Source: an uncultured virus (IMG/VR IMGVR_UViG_3300009466_000002) | Taxonomy: Duplodnaviria; Heunggongvirae; Uroviricota; Caudoviricetes | IMG/VR virus record: IMGVR_UViG_3300009466_000002 | Length of the DNA: 20,000 nt | Strand: one strand, 5' to 3' | Notes under the pieces: generated by a model | Databases searched by the model: none | What the model was told of the DNA's origin: nothing | The model's input: the letters and a program-made list of their open reading frames with translations, nothing else | Made by a program: the position numbers and the translations under genes | Shown here: piece by piece, positions 8,178-15,820 of the stretch | Layout of the letters: the number at the start of each line of letters is the position of its first letter | Numbering within the stretch: position 1 is the stretch's first letter

Positions 8178-8347
8178 GCGTTCCAGACTTCGGTGTGCCA
8201 TACAACGGCACCTTCGCCGATGAGGCGTTGGCGGATATCCGGGGCTTCGTGGACGGGGCAGAGCAGGGTCTGGGCGCCGGCGTGGTTCCAGAACCAGATG
8301 CGGGTGTAGGCGTGCTCGGGGAGCTTGGCCGGTTTCACGTCACTCAT
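8174..8347 (-). CDS. Small hypothetical protein (57 aa, MSDVKPAKLPEHAYTRIWFW...)
   Basis: The ATG at 8345-8347 overlaps the TGA of 8344..9189 (ATGA coupling). Confidence 0.65.
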   Translation of the reverse strand: MSDVKPAKLPEHAYTRIWFWNHAGAQTLLCPVHEAPDIRQRLIGEGAVVWHTEVWNA

Positions 8348-9189
8348 CGGCGACTGGTCTTGCCGGAGCACTTCCACTTGGCGCGGGAGAGGCACAGCGG
8401 CGTGTTGCGCTCGGCGCCGGAGCAGTTGTAGCCCTCGGATTTCATGTCGCCGAAGCTGCGGGCGCAGTAACGGTCGCCTTTGTCGGTGCCGGGGGCGATC
8501 TTGTAGCCCTTGGCGCCGTAGCGGACGGTGTTTTTGCGGCCGGTCTTGGGGTTGGTGACGGTTTTGGCGTATTTCTTGCCGTCCTCGGTGTCGCGGCGCA
8601 GGGGCGGCTGAAGCTGGACCGGGGCGTAGTGCTGGATGTAGTTGTCGCGACGGGGTTTGCGGTAGCCGGGCTCGTAGCGGCGGCGCAGCTTCTCCACCGT
8701 CAGGTTGTGGGTGCGCATGCCGCTGCGGAGTGATGCGCGGGTGGCTTTGCCGGCCTTGTACATGGCCCCGCCTACAGCGGTGGCGCGCTCGATCTCGGAT
8801 TGGGCGGCTTCGGCGATGGCACGCTCGGCTTCTTGGTTGGCGGTCTTGGCAGCGGTGCGCAGGCGCTCGGTCTTGGAGGGCGGGCGCATGTTGTTCAGGG
8901 CCTCGCCGCGGAAGCGCATTGAGGGTTTCGGAGCCGTGGCACGGTGGACGGCCGCGGTGATTCCGCGTTGGGCGGTGCGCTGAATTGCAGTGGGGCTGCC
9001 CAGGAGAGCCTTGCGGCTGCCTTTATTGAGGAGTACGGCACCGACAGCACCGGCGGTAAGGCCGGCGGCGATGGCTTTGCCTGTGGGGAAAGAGCCCTTT
9101 TGGCGGCAGGTTTTGCTCGCCGCGATGTGGCTTTGGCCACAAGGGCGGCCCTGGGCATCGAGGCGGAGAGTGGCGGGAGTTAAGGCCAC
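8344..9189 (-). CDS. Accessory head-region protein with Cys module, hydrophobic helix and basic Cys-containing C-terminal domain
   Basis: 281 aa. N-terminal RLDAQGRPCGQSHIAASKTC, then KAIAAGLTAGAVGAVLL. C-terminal domain KKYAKTV..PKTGRKNTVRYGAKGY...YCARS...WKC. Confidence 0.8.
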   Translation of the reverse strand: MALTPATLRLDAQGRPCGQSHIAASKTCRQKGSFPTGKAIAAGLTAGAVGAVLLNKGSRKALLGSPTAIQRTAQRGITAAVHRATAPKPSMRFRGEALNNMRPPSKTERLRTAAKTANQEAERAIAEAAQSEIERATAVGGAMYKAGKATRASLRSGMRTHNLTVEKLRRRYEPGYRKPRRDNYIQHYAPVQLQPPLRRDTEDGKKYAKTVTNPKTGRKNTVRYGAKGYKIAPGTDKGDRYCARSFGDMKSEGYNCSGAERNTPLCLSRAKWKCSGKTSRR

Positions 9190-9192
9190 AGC

Positions 9193-10191
9193 TCAGATCG
9201 CGAGTTGGTCGAGCTCGGGGGTGAAGCCGGCGGCGTAGACGGAGTCGCGGCGGCGACGGTTGGAGTTGGTCCAGACCTGGGTGCTATTGCGCTGGAGAAT
9301 CCGATCGATCTCACCGGCCTGTTTGATCGAGAGGTTCGTCAGCTCTTGTCGAGAAGCGCCTCCAGCTTTTGCTTTTTCGTACTCGGCTTTCCACTGTGGG
9401 TTCTTAGCGGCGATAGCGGTTTGCGCCTTTCTGCTGTTCTGCCTGTTGCGGACAAAGGCACGCCCCGCTCGATTGCCAATAGCTTCTCCAGCACCGCGAG
9501 CTGCACCGGTTGCCGCGCCGTAGAGAGCGCCAGCTCCAGCGCCAGCTGCTGCCTGAGCTAGGCCGGCTCCCGGCTTACCTGTAAGAGCACCAGCGATAAA
9601 ACCGCCGGCAGCACCCATGAGCGCGCCTTTAATAGCGCCGGACTTGGCTTCTGCTTTGGCGCGTCCCTTAACGCTGTAATTAGCGTTGGGATCGACTTTC
9701 TGCGCTGCCCCCTTGGTGCATTTTTCGCCCTCGGAGATGGCGCCGTTACCGCATTTGAGGTCAAGGCGCTCAGCGGCGTCGAGGCGGGCACGGATGTAGG
9801 TGCGACTGCGGTTTTGGATGCCGAGCTCGCAGGCGGTCAGGTACTCCTGAGGGGTGAGGGAGTCCATCTTCTTCATGTAGCCGCCGTCCTTCATGGACTT
9901 GCCGCAGCTGCCGTCGCATTTGCCTTTGCGGCCCTTGGACATGCAGCCGCACTCGGCATCCATGGGCTTTTTGCCGTACATACCGTCGGCAGCGGGCTTG
10001 GTGTTCTTGGCGCCCTTGGCACTGCGCTTACGGGAGTGGGACTTGGCACCGTCCATCTCTTCGCTGCCCATCTCCTCCTCTTCTTCGCCCTCGGGCTTGA
10101 TTTCGATCTCGATGGAGGGCTTGCTCTTGTCGGCGCGGCCTTCGCGGAGACCCTTCTCGTAAGCGGCGGACTTCTTAGAGGGGGTAGCCAT
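9193..10191 (-). CDS. Accessory head-region protein with Cys module and glycine-zipper segment
   Basis: 332 aa. Disordered charged N-terminus, then RLDLKCGNGAISEGEKC, then GALMGAAGGFIAGALTG...AAAGAGAGALYGAATG; it ends RRDSVYAAGFTPELDQLAI. Confidence 0.8.
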   Translation of the reverse strand: MATPSKKSAAYEKGLREGRADKSKPSIEIEIKPEGEEEEEMGSEEMDGAKSHSRKRSAKGAKNTKPAADGMYGKKPMDAECGCMSKGRKGKCDGSCGKSMKDGGYMKKMDSLTPQEYLTACELGIQNRSRTYIRARLDAAERLDLKCGNGAISEGEKCTKGAAQKVDPNANYSVKGRAKAEAKSGAIKGALMGAAGGFIAGALTGKPGAGLAQAAAGAGAGALYGAATGAARGAGEAIGNRAGRAFVRNRQNSRKAQTAIAAKNPQWKAEYEKAKAGGASRQELTNLSIKQAGEIDRILQRNSTQVWTNSNRRRRDSVYAAGFTPELDQLAI

Positions 10192-10266
10192 GGCGGGAGG
10201 GCGCGTCCGCCCGGTTCCTGATAGGGACAGTTTATGGGCGTGTCATAAAAGAGATAAATGTCGTCT

Positions 10267-11142
10267 CTACCCGACAGGCGTTGGGGCGAGTTGCTCGAAC
10301 ACCGCGGCGCGGTTGAGGTTGACGAGCTCGGGGGAGAGTCGAGCGACGGCGGCGCTCACTTCTTGGGTGTGGCGCTCACGTTGTCCTGCGTAGTCGGCGT
10401 CGATCGCAGCGAGATCGGCGTCCCACGGGGCGAGGTAGCAGCGGCACCGTGGATGACAAGGAGCTTTGACCTCGGCGCGTTTGTAGATCTGGCCCGCTCG
10501 GGGGGCGCAGATATCGCAGGACCGATCATCCGCTGTGGCGTACCACATACAAAGGTCGATGCCTTGTGTGGCGTAGTACGTGTTGGAGGCGTCGTTGTAG
10601 GCGCGCAGTGACTCCGTGCGGACGATGGCTTCGGCGCGGGCTTTGACGACGCCGAGGCGGGAGCGCATGTCCTGGATGATCGACGAAGTCGGGCGACCTT
10701 CGGCGACACCCTGGGCCACGATCTCGGCTGAGGTGGTGGCGAAGCGTTCGCCGTGTTTGCGCAGGTAGCCCTTGGATTGGGCGGCGGCTGCAGCGGTTGC
10801 TTCGAGGGGGATCGAAACGTCGATGCGGGGACGGCCGGGGCGCATTTGCTCGGTGAGGTTGGACGCGACCTCGATCCCGCGGGTGCCGGCCTCGCCAACG
10901 AGGTTGCGCAGGAGCGTGTCGTAGGCGTCGACGCGGTCGGGGCGGAACGCTGGCACAAGATTCCGGAACTCCTGCAGGAGAGCGAGGTTGCGCTGGGTGG
11001 GATCGACGTAGCCCGCGCGCATGTGGACCCGAGCTCGGCGCACCAGGCGGTTGAAGCTTTGGTCGAGGACGCGGTTCAGTAGGCGCAGCGTGCTGTCCTC
11101 GGTGGTGCGGAGCAGCAGGTTGTAGCGCTCAACGACGTCCAT
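10267..11142 (-). CDS. Minor head morphogenesis protein, MuF / SPP1 gp7 family
   Basis: RAEAIVRTES...W.ATADDRSCDIC....G.IY....PCHPRCRC is the Phage_Mu_F signature. Likely start is ATG 11142 (MDVVERYN). Confidence 0.92.
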   Translation of the reverse strand: MDVVERYNLLLRTTEDSTLRLLNRVLDQSFNRLVRRARVHMRAGYVDPTQRNLALLQEFRNLVPAFRPDRVDAYDTLLRNLVGEAGTRGIEVASNLTEQMRPGRPRIDVSIPLEATAAAAAQSKGYLRKHGERFATTSAEIVAQGVAEGRPTSSIIQDMRSRLGVVKARAEAIVRTESLRAYNDASNTYYATQGIDLCMWYATADDRSCDICAPRAGQIYKRAEVKAPCHPRCRCYLAPWDADLAAIDADYAGQRERHTQEVSAAVARLSPELVNLNRAAVFEQLAPTPVG

Positions 11143-13816
11143 GAAGGGCAGGGTGCGAAGGCTTAGCCCAGCCCGCAGCATCACCTCGGATTAGACCCGC
11201 CATGTACTCCATCTGCGCGTCAGGAATCTCCGTGAATTTGCCCTGGTTCTTCAGAGCCCACAAACGCTCGGTTTTCAGCCCTGGGATGGGTTTGAAGCCC
11301 ATGCCTTCATAGATCGATTTGCGCTTCCCGCCTTTACCATCCGCCTTGTGAGGTACGGCGAACATGACGGCATTCTCGGGGAGCATCTCCAGCTGCGCCT
11401 GATACATGGCCTTGGTGGTGCGGATCAGCTGTTTGGCTTGGGCACCGGGCATACCCCCTTTGGAGTCATAGCTGCTGTCGATGGTGAAGCCGAGGCCGTA
11501 CTGAGGGAACTTAGATACGTTCCCTTTGCGCTCAGCGCCGAAGGTTAGAAGGCTGTCACCTACAGAACCAACTGACATCTGAGTGCCATTGGGCATTTCC
11601 CAGGTTGAGAAGTTGTTTTTCACATCGACGGCTCGAATTTGCCCACCTTGAGCTTTGAGAGCCATATGGGCTGCGGCGTTTTTAGCGCCCCCAACGAGTT
11701 GACGTGCTTGGCCCTGGAAACGCTCGGGGATTTTGTCCAGACCCGCCTTCACTTGCGCGGACGACATGGCGTCGATGGTCTTTTTGCTGAGCGAAGGCAC
11801 CAAGGCTTGGCGCTGCTTGTAGGCGAGCAGGCCACCGACGGCTAAAGCAGCGCCAGCTGCGGCACCGGCGGCTAAAGCGACTTTCGCGGCAGTTTTGCCC
11901 TGGCCGCTCTCGGGAGCCGAAGCGCCTTGGCCCTTCCTGCACTCATGCGCCTTCGGGATGTGGGAGGCGCCGCAGGGCTTTCCCAGGCGTCCGCCCTCCT
12001 TGAAGTCGGCGCGGGCGGCGAGGTAGGTGGCGGTGCGGACGAGCTCGGGGGAGACGTCGTCTTCGTCGCCGCGGCGGGAGATGATCCGGTCCGCTTCGGC
12101 AGCGGCGGCTTCGGGAGAGAGACCGCCTTGGGTGAGGGTGCGGATCAGCTCAGCACGAGAGCGGAGCCGGCGACGAGCGGCGCGGGGTTGGCCGGCAGCG
12201 CTAGGTGCTGCTGGACGAGGAGTGGCTTCGCGGGGGGAGCGGACACGGACAGCGCCGGTGAAGCCGTACTCGGATTGGAGTAGGCGCATGGCGTCTGCGG
12301 TCGTGGTGATCGGCCGGCCGGCCAGCTCGGAAGCGGCGCTGAGGGCGAGGCGGTCGGTGATGGAGTAGGTGCTGCTTCGGGTGCCGGCAACGCGGGTGGC
12401 GAAGTAGGCGGTGCGAACCAGCTCGGCGTGGGCGTCGCCGGCAACAGGGCGAGTCAAACCCATCCGGCCTGAGAGATAGCGCGCTCGGGTGAGGTCGGCG
12501 GAGCCAAGGATCTCGCCGTAGCCACGTTGGCGGAGAGAGGGGTCAAGGGCGCTGGCGCCTGCGGTGTTGCGGGCGATGTCGCCGACTTCCTTGTAGAAGT
12601 CGTTAAAACCGCGAACCGTGCGGCCATACACCGTGTTGGCGTAGGCGGCGGGGCTGCGGGTAAGGACACCCTCGATGTGACCTTCGAGCTCGCGGCGGAT
12701 TGCAGGGGAGTAGCCGGCAGAGCCTCCGGTGCTGCGGACCACGCCGCGCATGAAGGGACCGAGATCAGCTTCGTTGATGGCTTCGCGACCACCGGAGCGG
12801 GAGACGCGGAAGCCTTGTTGTTTGGCCAGGGCGATGAGGTCACCACGCTCGGTTTCGACCCGGGCGGTGATGGCGTCTTTGATGGAGCGGGTGGTTAGGG
12901 CCTCGTCGCCGGTGAGTTGGAACTGACGGGCGAGGTGCTCCTCGGCGGTGGGGCGAGCGAAAACGCTGAACTTGGAGTTGCGGTCAGCGCCAACGCCGGA
13001 CTCGGCGATGCTGGAGGTCCAGAAGGCTTGGCGGTGCTTTTGGTTCCAGGTGTAGAAGTTGTCGGAGCCGGCTTCGCGGTCGATGCGGTTGGTGTCGACG
13101 ACGAGTTGGCCGGCGTTGTCGCGCAGTGGGGCGCGAGACAACATCGCTTCACCGCCGGTGCCGAGGGTGGCGCGCATGGCGTCGGGACCGGAGACGGCCT
13201 CGGTGGCGAAGCGGGAGGCGGCAGCGCCAACGGCACCCGACACAGCGCCGCGGGTACGGGCTCTCTGAGCCCCGACTAACGGCAGCGAGTCGAAGACTCG
13301 GCTGATGCCTGCACGGGTGGCGCTGTTGATGTTGGCGCCGAGGCCGTTCCGGTAGCCGAACGTGTTGTTCTTCATCAGGATCGCGTGGATCCCGAGGCCG
13401 CCGGTGACGACGGCTAGGCCAATACCGATGGCGCGGGTGCGGTCTTCGAGCTTCTTCTGGAGCTCTTTCTTCTGCTGGATGTTGCCCGGGGCGACTTTGA
13501 CAGCGCCGCGGATGATGGCGCGCTTGCCGCCCTCGACCTCAGAGAAGTTGCCGCGGACGATGCCGCGGGTGATGCGGGAGGCGCCGCGTTGGATGTTGGC
13601 GAGGCCGCCGAGGGGGTCGGTCTTGACGGCACGGAGATGAGGGTCAGTGCCTTGGCCCTTGAGGCGGCAGTCCCAACTCGGGGGGATGCAGCGGTTGCCG
13701 CAGCGGACGTTGGGCGGGTTGCACTGGACGTTGCGCGTGGTCTTGCGGGCGTCGAGGCGGGCCTTGGCGGCGAGGTAAGCCGCAGTCCGGAAGCCTTCGG
13801 GAGTGGTGTTGTTCAT
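11129..13816 (-). CDS. Large (895 aa) two-module accessory head-region protein
   Basis: Long ORF coupled to the portal stop. It has two copies of RTAxYLAA..RxD followed by a Cys motif and ..KGQG, two hydrophobic helices, and a possible GNAT-like C-terminal domain. Confidence 0.85.
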   Translation of the reverse strand: MNNTTPEGFRTAAYLAAKARLDARKTTRNVQCNPPNVRCGNRCIPPSWDCRLKGQGTDPHLRAVKTDPLGGLANIQRGASRITRGIVRGNFSEVEGGKRAIIRGAVKVAPGNIQQKKELQKKLEDRTRAIGIGLAVVTGGLGIHAILMKNNTFGYRNGLGANINSATRAGISRVFDSLPLVGAQRARTRGAVSGAVGAAASRFATEAVSGPDAMRATLGTGGEAMLSRAPLRDNAGQLVVDTNRIDREAGSDNFYTWNQKHRQAFWTSSIAESGVGADRNSKFSVFARPTAEEHLARQFQLTGDEALTTRSIKDAITARVETERGDLIALAKQQGFRVSRSGGREAINEADLGPFMRGVVRSTGGSAGYSPAIRRELEGHIEGVLTRSPAAYANTVYGRTVRGFNDFYKEVGDIARNTAGASALDPSLRQRGYGEILGSADLTRARYLSGRMGLTRPVAGDAHAELVRTAYFATRVAGTRSSTYSITDRLALSAASELAGRPITTTADAMRLLQSEYGFTGAVRVRSPREATPRPAAPSAAGQPRAARRRLRSRAELIRTLTQGGLSPEAAAAEADRIISRRGDEDDVSPELVRTATYLAARADFKEGGRLGKPCGASHIPKAHECRKGQGASAPESGQGKTAAKVALAAGAAAGAALAVGGLLAYKQRQALVPSLSKKTIDAMSSAQVKAGLDKIPERFQGQARQLVGGAKNAAAHMALKAQGGQIRAVDVKNNFSTWEMPNGTQMSVGSVGDSLLTFGAERKGNVSKFPQYGLGFTIDSSYDSKGGMPGAQAKQLIRTTKAMYQAQLEMLPENAVMFAVPHKADGKGGKRKSIYEGMGFKPIPGLKTERLWALKNQGKFTEIPDAQMEYMAGLIRGDAAGWAKPSHPALHGRR

Positions 13817-15657
13817 CAGTACTGCTCCCAGCCGGCGCGGAGGGCTTCGAGTTCACCCTCGGGGACAGGGGAGAGCCCTGCCACATTCTGTCGAGGGAAG
13901 AGGGCGACCAGTCCCTGTTTGGCCGCGCGCATCGAGGCGAAGCCGGTGACGTAGGGGCCATCGATTAGGGCACCGTCGGGGCCGTCGAACCGCGCTCGGT
14001 AGAGCTTGTACGCCTTGGTGCGATGGGGGCCGAAGACGGTGAGCGGCGCAGCAGCGCTGGAGTCGGTGCGTTGGCCGTCGGGGCCGACGAGGTGGCCGGC
14101 GCGGATGTCGCCCTCGGTGTGGGTGACGCGGATGCGGAGACCCTGGGCTTCGTAGAGGTCGAAGGTGTCGCTGCGCGGAGGCGTGTCGGGGAGGACCGGT
14201 TCGTCCTGTTCAGACGGCTGTGCTTCTTCGGGTGGCGGGGTCTGCAGCGCCTGGGCTTGGGCGGCGTAGCTCATCATCGAGCTCTGGAAGGAGGCGTCGG
14301 CCTGGGTAATGAGTTGCTCGGTGACCGCCTCGTTGAGCGTGGTGTCGATGCTGTACTCGGTGCCGCCGAAGCGGGCTTCGCGCACTTCGAGAGCATTAAG
14401 GACACCGAGGTTGATGTACTGCGCGTCGACCTGCGCTACTTGGAGACGTAGGGCGGCGCGCTCGGTGTCGGTCTCGGTGAAGACGCTGGGGAATTCGACG
14501 GCCCAGCTTTGTGGGGGGCGGCCGCGGGTTGGTCCTTCGCTCGAGACGAGGATGTACTGGAAGACTTCGGTGATCGCAGTGCGGAGGTAGACCTCCTGCC
14601 AGCGCTCGACGAGGGAGGCCCAGACGCGCTCCTCGAAGCGGCCCTCTTTGCCAAGGCCGCCGGGGCTGTCGCCCATCAGGATTGAGGCGGGCCAGCCGGT
14701 GGCGGCTTGGAGGTCCTTGACGAAGGGGTCGGTCGCTGAGGCGATGTTGCTCAGGGCACGGTTGAGGAACTGCAGGTCCTCCTCGACGTCGACAACCATG
14801 CCGCCGTAGACGCTGCGGCTGAGGTTGTTGGCTTCGAGGCGCTTGCGCAGGTCGCTCTCGTTGCCGGAGGCGACGCGGTTGAAGAGGCCGGGGATCTTGT
14901 GGACGAAGAGGTCGGAATCGGTGGTCATCGACTCCAGGCCGGCCATGGCGCTCTCGTAGCGCTTGAAGGATTCCCAGATCAGTTGGAGGACGGATTGGCC
15001 CCAGCCGGTGTTGCGAACGCGGACGTTCCAGGGCAGGTAGAGGCCGTCGAAGCGCGCGATGCGGGATGAGTGAATGCGCACATTGACATAGCTGCCCTGT
15101 TGATCGGAGGTCAGGCGCTGGGAGGTGGTGATCCGGTAGTGCGACGGCTTGGAGTAGTCGGTGATCGAGTAGTCCTCGGGGATCAGCTCGTGCCGCGACA
15201 GGGGGACGTAGCCGCGAATCGCGCGGATGCGGGCGAGGTCGACGGGTTCCTCAGGCTCGAGGCCGTCGTCGATCAGCAGGACGAGACCGGCACCGCCGTA
15301 GAGGCGCTGGAGCTTGACGACCTCGGAAAGCGCCTGGTGGAACTGGGTGTCTTTGAGGTACTCCTCGAAGCCGGCGATCAGATCGTTGGCCTGGGGTTCG
15401 TCATCGCCGCCGAGCTTGATCGTGGTGCGGTGGCGCAGGATCTCGTCGGAAATGGCGTCGACGTAGCGACGGGGGATGCCGTGGGTATAGAGCGCTTCGA
15501 GTTCGCTCTCGGCTAGGAAGGTTCGAGAGCTGACAACGGTGCTAACTGTTTTGTCCTTGGCAGGTGTACCCATGCCGGTGAGGACGTTAACAAGTGCGCC
15601 ATCATTTCTAATACTACTTTTATCCTTCCGGAATGTATCGGTAGGAACATGCTCCAC
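13816..15657 (-). CDS. Portal protein, DUF1073-type, with C-terminal extension domain
   Basis: Motifs NVLTGMGT..DK, RLYGGAGLVL, IHSSRI.RFDG, GWGQSVLQ, P.SILMG.SPGGL and Y...GVL...EVR. It lies downstream of terL and upstream of MuF. Confidence 0.9.
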   Translation of the reverse strand: MEHVPTDTFRKDKSSIRNDGALVNVLTGMGTPAKDKTVSTVVSSRTFLAESELEALYTHGIPRRYVDAISDEILRHRTTIKLGGDDEPQANDLIAGFEEYLKDTQFHQALSEVVKLQRLYGGAGLVLLIDDGLEPEEPVDLARIRAIRGYVPLSRHELIPEDYSITDYSKPSHYRITTSQRLTSDQQGSYVNVRIHSSRIARFDGLYLPWNVRVRNTGWGQSVLQLIWESFKRYESAMAGLESMTTDSDLFVHKIPGLFNRVASGNESDLRKRLEANNLSRSVYGGMVVDVEEDLQFLNRALSNIASATDPFVKDLQAATGWPASILMGDSPGGLGKEGRFEERVWASLVERWQEVYLRTAITEVFQYILVSSEGPTRGRPPQSWAVEFPSVFTETDTERAALRLQVAQVDAQYINLGVLNALEVREARFGGTEYSIDTTLNEAVTEQLITQADASFQSSMMSYAAQAQALQTPPPEEAQPSEQDEPVLPDTPPRSDTFDLYEAQGLRIRVTHTEGDIRAGHLVGPDGQRTDSSAAAPLTVFGPHRTKAYKLYRARFDGPDGALIDGPYVTGFASMRAAKQGLVALFPRQNVAGLSPVPEGELEALRAGWEQY

Positions 15658-15722
15658 GGCGGTGTGGGCGAGGGGCGATGTACAAAGCGTATCGCTGGAG
15701 TGCGAAAGTTTTAGGGAAAAAG

Positions 15723-15740
15723 CTGTCTTTACAAAGACAG
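15723..15740. promoter_or_regulatory. Perfect inverted repeat CTGTCTTT-AC-AAAGACAG upstream of the portal gene
   Basis: 8-bp arms at 15723-15730 and 15733-15740, with a 2-bp spacer, in an AT-rich intergenic region. Confidence 0.5.
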
Positions 15741-15788
15741 TGTTGAGCGTATAGAAGTTGGCCTTCAGGCGTCAAACTCGGGGGTTTT

Positions 15789-15820
15789 GTGCGTAAGTCG
15801 AAAGGATCGTGCGTAAGTCG
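15789..15820. repeat. 12-bp direct repeat GTGCGTAAGTCG x2 (20-bp period)
   Basis: Exact copies at 15789-15800 and 15809-15820. Confidence 0.75.

Noticed and set aside
10267..11142. MuF polymorphic toxin with immunity gene
   Set aside because: The MuF protein has only about 55 aa after HPRCRC, with no toxin domain, so it is a short MuF.
13816..15657. Calling the portal an anti-CBASS Acb1 protein
   Set aside because: The C-terminal extension does not show the two spaced HxT/S motifs of a 2H phosphodiesterase. The main body is a portal by motif and synteny.
15789..15820. CRISPR mini-array
   Set aside because: There are only two 12-bp repeats with an 8-bp spacer, far too short, and no cas genes.
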